A stretch of DNA of 64,000 bases from Bacteroidales bacterium (lineage in GTDB: Bacteria > Bacteroidota > Bacteroidia > Bacteroidales > F082), in assembly GCA_045612345.1 (NCBI GenBank), contig JAZKYV010000040.1:13749-77748 (forward strand), read 5' to 3'. Shown in pieces: positions 9,434-18,368 of the stretch. Position numbers and translations under genes: made by a program. The notes beneath the pieces are model-generated. The model was not told where the DNA came from, made no database searches, and saw nothing but the letters and a program-made list of their open reading frames with translations. Position 1 is the stretch's first letter. Every line of letters starts with the position of its first letter.

Positions 9434-10429
9434 TCACTTCAAATAATTTTCAACAAATATTCTCAAATCGTTTCCGTTCAAGTTTTTAGCAACAATATTT
9501 CCGTCAATGTCGAGCAAGACGTTTTGAGGAATCCAGGCGACGCCATATTCTTTAGCAGCGCTGCAGTCCCAGCCTTTCAATTCAGAAACATGGTTTTTCC
9601 ATGACAACTTATCATCGGCAATCGCTTTTGTCCAAGCAGCCTTGTCTGTATCCAACGACACGCTTATGACATCAAATCCTTTGTCTTTGAAATCATTATA
9701 AACAGCAACGACATTAGGATTCTCGACGCGACAGTCAGGGCACCATGCAGCCCAGAAGTCAATCATAAGAAGTTCATTGTCTCCAACAAGATCTGACAAT
9801 GAAACCTCTTGACCGTCAACATTATTCATTGTGAAATCAATGTAAGGCTGACCGACATCAGTGCGTTCAAGGAAGCTTATATATTCATTAAGCTTAGCGG
9901 TATAAGATGTTGCTGCATCGTTAAAATATGACATAATATTTCTCAATTCATCTAGATTGAAAAGCCATTTGTAACGATATACGACATAAGGTGCCAGATC
10001 TTTTTCCGGGTGGTTTTCAACGATTTCTATTACCAATATTTTCTTGGCATTATCATCAGCTTGAGCAAAAGAGCTGTTGAAGTCATTGAGCAGCTCTTGT
10101 GTTTCAGAAGCTGTCACGTTGATCTTATTATAATTGTTGAAATCACCTTTAATGATAACATCTTCATTATCTGCGAAGAAAGGCAAGGCGCGACGCCAAC
10201 CTTTAATAAAGAGATGATAAGCATTCTTATCATCTTTCTTGACATCAAAGTGCGCCTTATTATCTTTTATCAATACTGAATCAATATTAACAAATTCATT
10301 ATCAATTATCTTCTGGAGATAAACTATTTTACCGTTAGCATTAGTCATTTCAACATCAATATTGAATGTATTCTTATTACATGCAAATAATGTTAAAATT
10401 ATGATAGAAGAAATTATAAGTCTTTTCAT
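9434..10429 (-). CDS. TlpA-family thiol:disulfide oxidoreductase lipoprotein (DUF4369-like N-domain)
   Basis: 331 aa with a lipoprotein signal (LTLFAC) and a thioredoxin-fold C-domain containing WAAWCPDCR. Confidence 0.8.
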   Translation of the reverse strand: MKRLIISSIIILTLFACNKNTFNIDVEMTNANGKIVYLQKIIDNEFVNIDSVLIKDNKAHFDVKKDDKNAYHLFIKGWRRALPFFADNEDVIIKGDFNNYNKINVTASETQELLNDFNSSFAQADDNAKKILVIEIVENHPEKDLAPYVVYRYKWLFNLDELRNIMSYFNDAATSYTAKLNEYISFLERTDVGQPYIDFTMNNVDGQEVSLSDLVGDNELLMIDFWAAWCPDCRVENPNVVAVYNDFKDKGFDVISVSLDTDKAAWTKAIADDKLSWKNHVSELKGWDCSAAKEYGVAWIPQNVLLDIDGNIVAKNLNGNDLRIFVENYLK

Positions 10430-10455
10430 GTTAATATTTTTTCAGATAAACAAAT

Positions 10456-11553
10456 TTACTTAAGAATTTCCTCAACTTTCTTTCTTAAATCTTCGCCTCT
10501 TAAGTTTTTAGCGATGATGAAACCTTCTGCATCGATCAAGATATTGCTTGGTATTGAAGATACTGCATAATCTTGAGCGGCTTCGTTGTTCCAATATTTG
10601 AGGTCTGAAACGTTATGCCAGATAAGTCCGTCAGCTTCAATAGCTTTAATCCAGTTTTCTTTTTTCATATCCAAAGAAACGCCGAGAACATCGAAACCTT
10701 TTTCATGATATTCTTTGTAAACAGCAACGACATTTGGATTTTCAGCGCGGCAAGGACCACACCATGAAGCCCAAAAATCAACTAACAAAAGCTTTGATTT
10801 TCCTACGAGTTCTGACAATGACAAGAATGTTCCTTCTGGTGTCTCTTGTGTGAAATCGAGATAAGGCTGGCCAACGCTAACACGTTTAAGCTTTAAGATA
10901 TACTCATTCAAAAGCTTTGCGAATTCATTGTCTTGAGCAATATTGAAATGATTAACAAAATCTTCGAGTTCATAGAGTTCGTAGCTCAAACGATTGTTAT
11001 ATAATATATAAGGTGATACAAAGCTGCTGTAGTTCTTAGCAATAAAAAGATTTCTGTAAGCAGCTTGATTCTTTTCAACTTGATCATATTCATCATAGAT
11101 CTTTGCCATAGCAGCTTCATCGTTTTCTTGAGCTGCTATCTCGTAATTATTTCCTAACTCTCTGAGTTGGTTATAGAATTTTCTATTTTCAGCATCAAAT
11201 TCATTAACAAGTTGTTGTGCGTATGATGCTGTTACCTGAATACTTGCATTATCTTTAACATCACCAACAATTGTAACGTCGTTGTTTTCGCTGAAGAAAC
11301 CTATAGGATATCTTACCTTTTCTACCTTTATTGAATAATATGTTGTTGGATTACCTTCTTCAACAGTAAAATTCACAACATTATTTTGCATTACGACAGA
11401 ATCTATAACTGTTGATTTTTTGTCAACGAATTTTTGCAAATAAACCATTTTTCCTTCTGCATTTTGCAATTCAACCTTAACATTAAATGAAGGTTTGCTA
11501 CATGCTACTAATGCAAATAATGCAACGACTGATGTCAATAATCTGATTTTCAT
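10456..11553 (-). CDS. TlpA-family thiol:disulfide oxidoreductase lipoprotein (paralog)
   Basis: 365 aa with a lipoprotein signal (FALVAC) and WASWCGPCR. It has the same architecture as the adjacent gene. Confidence 0.8.
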   Translation of the reverse strand: MKIRLLTSVVALFALVACSKPSFNVKVELQNAEGKMVYLQKFVDKKSTVIDSVVMQNNVVNFTVEEGNPTTYYSIKVEKVRYPIGFFSENNDVTIVGDVKDNASIQVTASYAQQLVNEFDAENRKFYNQLRELGNNYEIAAQENDEAAMAKIYDEYDQVEKNQAAYRNLFIAKNYSSFVSPYILYNNRLSYELYELEDFVNHFNIAQDNEFAKLLNEYILKLKRVSVGQPYLDFTQETPEGTFLSLSELVGKSKLLLVDFWASWCGPCRAENPNVVAVYKEYHEKGFDVLGVSLDMKKENWIKAIEADGLIWHNVSDLKYWNNEAAQDYAVSSIPSNILIDAEGFIIAKNLRGEDLRKKVEEILK

Positions 11554-11565
11554 AACAATATAATT

Positions 11566-12087
11566 TTATAATGATTTCTTTTTAGTCTTCTTGAATAATA
11601 AAAGTATAATGAATATTAACATTAAAGAGCTGAATACGCTCAATAATGTCTCCAATAATACCACACCGATAAGTTTAAAGCTGAAGGCTTCCAGCATAAA
11701 CAACACTAGATTATGAACCATAAGCAATAAGAATGAATACACTAGGAACCTGCTGACTCCCATATTATTAAGCGATGGTTCATCATTTTCGTTTATGTCT
11801 TTTCTTCTTGTCATTCCATTTATCACCAAAGGACGGACGAAAGCCATGAAGACAGTTGCCGCGGCATTAAGTCCTGGCGTTCCATTGAACAAATCGACTG
11901 CAAGACCCATGAAAAATCCTGCAAAAAGAAGACGCCAATTTGGAATGTTAAATGGCAGAAGAAGAATATACAAAATGTAAACGTGAGGATGTATATAATA
12001 ACCAAGACGAATATTATCTATCACCAATACCTGCAAAAGAAGCAAGCCAATGAATCTTAAAAAGTTTATTATCAGCCTATTATTCAT
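11566..12087 (-). CDS. mreD: Rod shape-determining protein MreD
   Basis: 173-aa polytopic membrane protein immediately downstream of mreC (4-nt gap). Confidence 0.7.
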   Translation of the reverse strand: MNNRLIINFLRFIGLLLLQVLVIDNIRLGYYIHPHVYILYILLLPFNIPNWRLLFAGFFMGLAVDLFNGTPGLNAAATVFMAFVRPLVINGMTRRKDINENDEPSLNNMGVSRFLVYSFLLLMVHNLVLFMLEAFSFKLIGVVLLETLLSVFSSLMLIFIILLLFKKTKKKSL

Positions 12088-12091
12088 TTTA

Positions 12092-12898
12092 TCATTGGTT
12101 TAAGGTTAGTGAATCTATTTCAGCTTGGTGTAAGTTTTCGATAACAAAAACATGACGTAAAGTGCTGAAGTTTGTTGAAAAACGGATCTTAGCTGAGTTA
12201 AAATCCTTGGAGTCAGACTCAAGCATTTCCTCAATAGTTCCGATCATGATGTCTGCCGGATAAATATTAGAGAAACCACTTGTCACCAAAGTGTCTCCTT
12301 TTTCAAGGTTCAAATGCAAAGGAATATCATTTACAGTTCCGAAACGATAGTTACGATTGCCCCAAGTCACATTTGCTATATGCTGATTATCTGTAAATCT
12401 GGCACTTACTACAGTATAAGGATGCAACATGCTTATCACAGATGCATAATGATCCGTCACGTTGACGACTTTTCCAACCACACCTTTCTCACAAATGACA
12501 CCCATATCTTTTTCTATACCATCTCTTCTTCCTTTATCTATAAGCAAATAATTATTAACATTATAAACACTATTGTCAATAACCTTGGCTGGGATAAAGT
12601 GAAATTCGAAAGAAGACGAATCTATCAAAACAGAATTATCAGAATTACCATTATACAACTGACTCATCAGTAAAGCGTTATGCTCCACCATCAGCTGGTT
12701 TTCTTCTTTCAAGGAAAAGTAGTTGGTACAATTGGTTTTGGTTTTAAAGAACCTGCCAGATATGGCGTTACCTACCTTTGTTAACTTACGTTTCTGATAT
12801 GGAAGATTGTTTACCAACATTATGATACACAATACTTCCAATATCAAAAACAGTAGGATGTTATTATATTTTTTTAAAAAATTTAATAAACTATACAT
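12092..12898 (-). CDS. mreC: Rod shape-determining protein MreC
   Basis: 268 aa with an N-terminal TM helix and a beta-rich periplasmic domain (GVVGKVVNVTDHYASV, VTSGFSNIYPADIMIG). It lies between mreB and mreD. Confidence 0.8.
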   Translation of the reverse strand: MYSLLNFLKKYNNILLFLILEVLCIIMLVNNLPYQKRKLTKVGNAISGRFFKTKTNCTNYFSLKEENQLMVEHNALLMSQLYNGNSDNSVLIDSSSFEFHFIPAKVIDNSVYNVNNYLLIDKGRRDGIEKDMGVICEKGVVGKVVNVTDHYASVISMLHPYTVVSARFTDNQHIANVTWGNRNYRFGTVNDIPLHLNLEKGDTLVTSGFSNIYPADIMIGTIEEMLESDSKDFNSAKIRFSTNFSTLRHVFVIENLHQAEIDSLTLNQ

Positions 12899-12912
12899 GA
12901 CGTCAATCCAGA

Positions 12913-13935
12913 TTACTTAATCAGGAATGGGAATTTGTCAAAGTTTTTAAGAGCGATACCTGTACCGCGAGCCACAGCTCTCAATGGGTCGTCAGCAACG
13001 TGGATAGGCAACTTTGTCTTAGCATGCAAACGTTTGTCGAGACCGCGCAACAAAGCACCGCCACCTGTGAGATAGATACCTGTGCGATAGATATCCGCTG
13101 CCAATTCTGGAGGAGTCTGTTCCAATGCGTTGAGCACAGCTGTCTCAATCTTAGAGATGCTCTTATCCAAGCAATATGCTATTTCTGAATAGTTTACCTT
13201 TATTTCCTTTGGAATACCTGTCAAAAGGTCTCTACCATGAACTGCGTATTCATCTGGTGGATTGTCGAGTTCTGTCAAGGCTGAACCTACTTCAATCTTA
13301 ATCATTTCTGCTGTTCTCTCACCGATGTACATATTATGCTGTTTACGCATATATTCAACGATTTCAGCTGTGAAGTCATCACCAGCAGTACGGATTGACT
13401 TGTTATTTACGATACCGCCGAGAGCTATGACAGCGATTTCACTTGTACCGCCGCCGATGTCAACGATCATATTACCCATTGGTTCAAGAACGTCGATGCC
13501 GATACCGATAGCAGCTGCCATTGGTTCATGGATAAGACGAACTTCCTTAGCGCCAGCTTGTTCTGCTGAATCCTTAACAGCTCTCTCTTCAACTTCTGTG
13601 ATACCTGATGGAATACAGATAACCATTTTCAATGCTGGAGGGAAGATGCTGTTATGGAAGTTGATCATCTTGATCATATCTCTAAGCATATATTCAGCTG
13701 CTTGGAAGTCAGCGATAACACCATCACGCAAAGGACGGATAGTCTTGATGTTTTCGTGTGTCTTTCCATGCATCATCATAGCGCGTTTACCGACAGCCAT
13801 GATTTTCTGAGTGTCTCTTTCTATCGCGACAATAGAAGGCTCGTCAACAACCACCTTATCATTATAGATAATGATGGTGTTGGCTGTACCTAAGTCTATC
13901 GCTAATTCTTTATTGAAAAATGAAAACAATCCCAT
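12913..13935 (-). CDS. mreB: Rod shape-determining protein MreB
   Basis: 340 aa with actin-fold motifs (AIDLGTANT, VDIGGGTSEIAVI, YLTGGGALLRGLD). Confidence 0.95.
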   Translation of the reverse strand: MGLFSFFNKELAIDLGTANTIIIYNDKVVVDEPSIVAIERDTQKIMAVGKRAMMMHGKTHENIKTIRPLRDGVIADFQAAEYMLRDMIKMINFHNSIFPPALKMVICIPSGITEVEERAVKDSAEQAGAKEVRLIHEPMAAAIGIGIDVLEPMGNMIVDIGGGTSEIAVIALGGIVNNKSIRTAGDDFTAEIVEYMRKQHNMYIGERTAEMIKIEVGSALTELDNPPDEYAVHGRDLLTGIPKEIKVNYSEIAYCLDKSISKIETAVLNALEQTPPELAADIYRTGIYLTGGGALLRGLDKRLHAKTKLPIHVADDPLRAVARGTGIALKNFDKFPFLIK

Positions 13936-13950
13936 TTTGACAATCTTTTA

Positions 13951-15468
13951 TTAATGTTTGAAATGACGATATCCTGTGAATACCATTGCCATATCGTTAG
14001 CATTGCAATAGTCGATAGAATCTTGGTCTTTAATAGAACCACCAGGTTGGATAACTGTTGTAACGCCTGCATTATGTGCTATTTCAACACAGTCAGCAAA
14101 TGGGAAGAAAGCGTCAGATGCCATAACAGCGCCGTTGAGGTCGAAGTCGAATGACTGAGCTTTTTCAATAGCTTGTCTCAAAGCGTCAACGCGTGATGTT
14201 TGACCGATACCTGAAGCATATAATTGCTTGTTCTTTGCCAAAACGATAGCGTTTGAACGGCTGTGTTTAACGATCTTGTTTGCAAAGATTAAGTCTTCAA
14301 TTTCTTGAGCTTCAATGTTTTTGTTTGTAACAGCTTTGAAGTCTTCAATAGTTTCTGTATGAAGGTCACGATCTTGAGCCAAGATGCCGTTAAGAGCTGA
14401 TTTATATACTGTTTTTGGGAAATCGTTTGATTTGAGTTTCAAGACGATTCTGTTTTTCTTTGCGAAGAGGATATCCAAAACGCCTTCGTTGTAGTCAGGA
14501 GCTACGATAACTTCGAAGAACATCTTGTTAATTTCGTTAGCTGTCTCAACGTCAATAGCCTTGTTGCTTACGAATACACCGCCGAATGCTGAAACAGGGT
14601 CACCTGCCAATGCTGCTTGATAAGCTTCTGCAATTGTTGGGCGTGATGCGATGCCGCAAGGATTGTTGTGTTTCAAGATTGCGAATGTTGGTTCGTCGAA
14701 TTCGCGGATAAGATTAAGACCAGCTTCTAAGTCTAACAAGTTGTTATATGATAAATCTTTACCGTGAAGTTTTTCAAAAACATCATCGAGTTTGCCGTAG
14801 AAAACAGCTTTTTGATGAGGGTTTTCACCATAGCGCAATTCGCTGCGATTGTCGATATGGATGTTCAAGTCTTTAGCTTCGTCATCTTTTGCGAACCAGT
14901 CGTAGATCATGCCGTCGTAGTGAGAACTTGTTGCGAAAGCATATTTTGCGAAACGTTTACGATCTTCGAGGCTTGTGCAGCCGTTTTGAGCTTTGTAGAG
15001 CTCCATGAATTCGAGGTAATATTTTGAATCTGGAACGATAACGACTTCGTTGAAGTTCTTGCCGCCAGCACGAATCAATGAGATACCGCCTATATCGATC
15101 TTTTCGATGATCTTAGCAGGATCGTCTGTTGACTTCACTGTTTCTTCAAAAGGATAGAGGTCAACGATAACGAGGTCGAAAGCTGGAATTTCATATTGCT
15201 TCATTTCCTCAACGTCCTTCTCATTTTGCAAACGGCCTAAGATACCGCCGAACACTTTTGGGTGCAAAGTCTTCACGCGACCGCCGAGAATTGAAGGATA
15301 TGATGTGAGTGATTCTATAGTCTTAACAGAATCATCAAGTTCTTTAATGAAATCGTATGTTCCGCCAGTAGCATAAATTTGAACATCTTGCTCTTTCAAC
15401 AAAGCAACAATCTTATCTAAATTAGTCTTGTAAAAGACTGATATTAAGCAGGTTTTAATCTTTTTCAA
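13951..15468 (-). CDS. purH: Bifunctional AICAR transformylase / IMP cyclohydrolase
   Basis: 505 aa with an MGS-like N-domain (LISVFYKTNL...ATGGT) and an AICARFT domain (GGVFVSN, QPGGSIKD, C-terminal TGYRHFKH). The start appears to be TTG at 15466-15468. Confidence 0.93.
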   Translation of the reverse strand: MKKIKTCLISVFYKTNLDKIVALLKEQDVQIYATGGTYDFIKELDDSVKTIESLTSYPSILGGRVKTLHPKVFGGILGRLQNEKDVEEMKQYEIPAFDLVIVDLYPFEETVKSTDDPAKIIEKIDIGGISLIRAGGKNFNEVVIVPDSKYYLEFMELYKAQNGCTSLEDRKRFAKYAFATSSHYDGMIYDWFAKDDEAKDLNIHIDNRSELRYGENPHQKAVFYGKLDDVFEKLHGKDLSYNNLLDLEAGLNLIREFDEPTFAILKHNNPCGIASRPTIAEAYQAALAGDPVSAFGGVFVSNKAIDVETANEINKMFFEVIVAPDYNEGVLDILFAKKNRIVLKLKSNDFPKTVYKSALNGILAQDRDLHTETIEDFKAVTNKNIEAQEIEDLIFANKIVKHSRSNAIVLAKNKQLYASGIGQTSRVDALRQAIEKAQSFDFDLNGAVMASDAFFPFADCVEIAHNAGVTTVIQPGGSIKDQDSIDYCNANDMAMVFTGYRHFKH

Positions 15469-15649
15469 GGGACACGAATTTTAAGGTTAAACATATTTGC
15501 AATATTAAGAAATATATATCATTTAGAAAAGTGTTTTTGAGATTTTTTTCAAAAAAAATCAAAGTTTTCCGCTCTATCTTTGCTCGCTCCGTTTCACTTC
15601 GCTCACAAAGGATGCCGCTCCAATCCCTAACGCAGCACCGCTATTATAA

Positions 15650-15735
15650 AAATTCAGAATCTCAAAATACCAAAACCCAAAAATTTTGAGATTCTGAGTT
15701 TTTGAAGTTTTGAGGTTTTGAACTTCTGAGATTTT
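15650..15735. repeat. Octad word arrays (YTCARAAN)x4 / (TTYTGARN)x6 in inverted orientation
   Basis: Perfect 15-bp inverted repeat TCAGAATCTCAAAAT (15654-15668) / ATTTTGAGATTCTGA (15683-15697) with a 14-nt loop. The right arm continues as ttttgaag ttttgagg ttttgaac ttctgaga. Confidence 0.85.
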
Positions 15736-15837
15736 AAAATGCTGAATATTAAACATTTATTTTTTTTGATTTTTTTAACAAAAAAACTTGTTTATCGGAT
15801 TTATTTGTTGTACTTTTACAAGTCAAATTTTTTTAAT

Positions 15838-17625
15838 GTGGAAACTCGTTGGATAATAAATAATAATATTGATAAACAAATCGTTAACGATTTATCTATT
15901 GCATTGGGCATAGATGAAAATCTTGCGACTTTGCTTGTCCAACGTGGCATTACAAATTATGACGAAGCAAAAGATTTCTTCCGACCTTCTTTAACACATC
16001 TTCACGATCCATTCTTGATGAAAGATATGGATAAAGCCGTTGAACGTGTAAAGAAAGCTTATGAAAACGGAGAGAAAATCTTGATATACGGCGACTATGA
16101 CGTAGATGGCACAACAGCCGTCGCATTGATTTACACTTACCTCAAGAACTTCATCAGCAAGAAAAAGATTGAGTTCTACATTCCAGACAGATACGATGAG
16201 GGTTATGGCATATCTTATAAAGGTATTGACTACGCCGCTGAAAACGGATTCAGTCTCGTCATTGTCTTGGACTGCGGCATCAAAGCTGTCGATAAAATCG
16301 AATACGCAAATGAACGTAACATCGATTTCATTATCTGCGACCACCATCGTCCTGGAGACGAAATTCCTAATGCAGTAGCCGTATTGGATTCAAAGCGTCC
16401 AGATTGTCAATATCCTTATAAAGAATTATCAGGCTGCGGCGTTGGCTTCAAACTCATAACAGCATTGTCAATGAGCTTGAATCGCCCTATCGAAGAAGTA
16501 TATGAACTTCTCGATTTAGTTGCAGTAAGTATCGCTGCCGATATAGTTCCTATCACTGGTGAAAACAGAGTCTTGGCTTATTACGGACTTCTGCTCATCA
16601 ACAAAAATCCTAGACCAGGATTGGAAGCCGTGCTCGGTCACGCTAACGTACATAGAGTTGAAGAAGAACCTTCAGCAAATTCAGAACAACCTCAAAACGT
16701 ACTTAACAAGGAAGTGACAGTCAGCGACCTGGTCTTCATGATCGGACCTCGTATCAATGCTGCAGGTCGACTTGAAAAAGCCAGCGACTCAGTAAGATTG
16801 CTCATCGCTGAGAGAAAAGAACATGCTGAAAAATTGGCTTCGTCAATCAATGACTTGAACGTAAGACGTCGCGAATTCGACAACAAAATAACAGAAGAAG
16901 CTCTCTTGATGATTCAACAAAACGAGAGACTCCTTAACGCGAAAAGCACAGTTATCTTTAACGAAAACTGGCATAAAGGCGTTATCGGTATCGTAGCATC
17001 AAGACTTACAGATAGTTACTATAGACCTACTATAGTACTCACAAGATCCAACAACCTTATCACAGGTTCTGCTCGTTCTATAAAGAACTTCGATATTTAT
17101 GACGCTATCGACCATTGTTCTGACTTGTTAGAACACTTCGGCGGTCATAAATACGCAGCAGGATTGTCATTAAAACCAGAAAACCTCGCAGAATTTGCTC
17201 GTAGATTTGAAGAATACGTGGCAAATAATATCGATAACGAAGAACTTATTCCAGAACTTAATGTCGACCTCGAAATAAACTTCTCCGACATAACACCGAA
17301 ATTCGTCAGAGTATTGAAACAATTCGCTCCTTTCGGTCCTGGTAATATGGCTCCTGTATTCCTTTCTAAAAACGTAATCGACACTGGCTCTTCACGACCT
17401 GTCGGCGGACAAGAAAAGAAGCATCTTAAATTGTCGATGACTCAAAAACAAGACAATAACACTGTCTTGCCTGGTATAGCTTTCCAAAAAGGTTCAGATT
17501 ATCAAAGAGTTAATTCTAAAGAACCTTTCTCTATATGCTACTGCATAGAGAAAAACTTCTGGCAAGGAAAGACAAATCTTCAACTTAACGTCAAAGACAT
17601 TAAATTCGAGAATATCGAGGAATAA
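15838..17625 (+). CDS. recJ: Single-stranded-DNA-specific exonuclease RecJ
   Basis: DHH-family motifs are present (YGDYDVDGTT, ICDHHRP, FGGHKYAAG). I place the start at the in-frame GTG at 15838 (VETRWII...). The track's upstream extension is AT-rich junk. Confidence 0.88.
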   Translation: METRWIINNNIDKQIVNDLSIALGIDENLATLLVQRGITNYDEAKDFFRPSLTHLHDPFLMKDMDKAVERVKKAYENGEKILIYGDYDVDGTTAVALIYTYLKNFISKKKIEFYIPDRYDEGYGISYKGIDYAAENGFSLVIVLDCGIKAVDKIEYANERNIDFIICDHHRPGDEIPNAVAVLDSKRPDCQYPYKELSGCGVGFKLITALSMSLNRPIEEVYELLDLVAVSIAADIVPITGENRVLAYYGLLLINKNPRPGLEAVLGHANVHRVEEEPSANSEQPQNVLNKEVTVSDLVFMIGPRINAAGRLEKASDSVRLLIAERKEHAEKLASSINDLNVRRREFDNKITEEALLMIQQNERLLNAKSTVIFNENWHKGVIGIVASRLTDSYYRPTIVLTRSNNLITGSARSIKNFDIYDAIDHCSDLLEHFGGHKYAAGLSLKPENLAEFARRFEEYVANNIDNEELIPELNVDLEINFSDITPKFVRVLKQFAPFGPGNMAPVFLSKNVIDTGSSRPVGGQEKKHLKLSMTQKQDNNTVLPGIAFQKGSDYQRVNSKEPFSICYCIEKNFWQGKTNLQLNVKDIKFENIEE

Positions 17626-17649
17626 CACTGATATTATTGAAAACTAAAT

Positions 17650-17690
17650 AAAAAAAACGCCGTAACACTTCTGTATTATGGCGTTTTTTA
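17650..17690. terminator. Bidirectional rho-independent terminator
   Basis: Stem AACGCCGTAA / TTATGGCGTT (one G:T) flanked by an A-run and a T-run, between convergent recJ and the LysE-like gene. Confidence 0.75.
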
Positions 17691-17696
17691 TTTCTG

Positions 17697-18368
17697 CTAA
17701 AATGATATTGGGAAAAATATTACCCTTACTGCGATAAATAATCCAAATAACATCAATATTATTCCTATTATTTGGTTCATTATTTTCATCATCTTTTCAG
17801 TGAAAAATCTCTTTAAAGAGTATGCCCCTGCAGCTTTCAAAATATCAAAAAACAAAACAGTAGCAAAAACTCCAATAAAGAAAATAATCATAGAATATCT
17901 GTTGCCTCCGAAATTACTTGAAGCCGTTGCAACGCAAGTAATCCAAAATATCCAGACAAAAGGATTGAAAATATTGATGATAAAGCCTTTTGTGATATAA
18001 ACATACCATTTAGGCTTGTCGATGAATTTCTCATTCATTTTCTCAATCTTCTGATTGTTGTTCTCACTGATATGGATGATTTTCTCAGGAGAAAGAAGGA
18101 AAGTATATATTCCGAATATAATAAGGATAATACCTGCACTTATACCTGAATATATAATGTTTTCTTTATCAGCAATATTAAACTGAACATTGGTCATCAT
18201 CATCAATGCAACGACCATGATGTCATTTAAAATGATTCCCAAGTCGAGGAACATAGCAGCTTTGAAGCCTCTGCTGATGCTCGTCTGTATCAAAGTAAAA
18301 AATGAAGGTCCGAATCCCATTATCAATGCGAGAGACAGACCTATTATTACACCTTCTAGAAATATCAT
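17697..18368 (-). CDS. LysE-family translocator-like membrane protein
   Basis: 223 aa and polytopic, with N-terminus GVIIGLSLALIMGFGPSFF typical of LysE/RhtB exporters. It overlaps the upstream GH3 gene by 4 nt. Confidence 0.55.
   Translation of the reverse strand: MIFLEGVIIGLSLALIMGFGPSFFTLIQTSISRGFKAAMFLDLGIILNDIMVVALMMMTNVQFNIADKENIIYSGISAGIILIIFGIYTFLLSPEKIIHISENNNQKIEKMNEKFIDKPKWYVYITKGFIINIFNPFVWIFWITCVATASSNFGGNRYSMIIFFIGVFATVLFFDILKAAGAYSLKRFFTEKMMKIMNQIIGIILMLFGLFIAVRVIFFPISF

Noticed and set aside
13262-13810. 182-aa ORF antisense to mreB, and many similar antisense or out-of-frame ORFs in the track (for example 1053-1235, 3222-3449, 41629-42009, 46626-46946, 47650-47949, 56769-57137)
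   Set aside because: These are shadow ORFs inside strongly supported genes, with low-complexity or hydrophobic junk translations.
15574-15756. 60-aa minus-strand ORF (MFNIQHFKISEVQNLKTSKTQNLKIF...)
   Set aside because: It is a translation of the octad repeat array and the GC-rich island. It has periodic low-complexity sequence, no start context and no motif.
15739-15837. N-terminal extensions of track ORFs (recJ 15739, arginase-like 22286, rpiB 26716, M28 28514, S46 37048, topA 52013, DUF1893 8885-8932)
   Set aside because: The extensions are AT-rich or repeat-encoded, lack homology to the family N-termini, and in several cases contain the TAnnTTTG promoter motif. Internal starts restore canonical N-termini or signal peptides.
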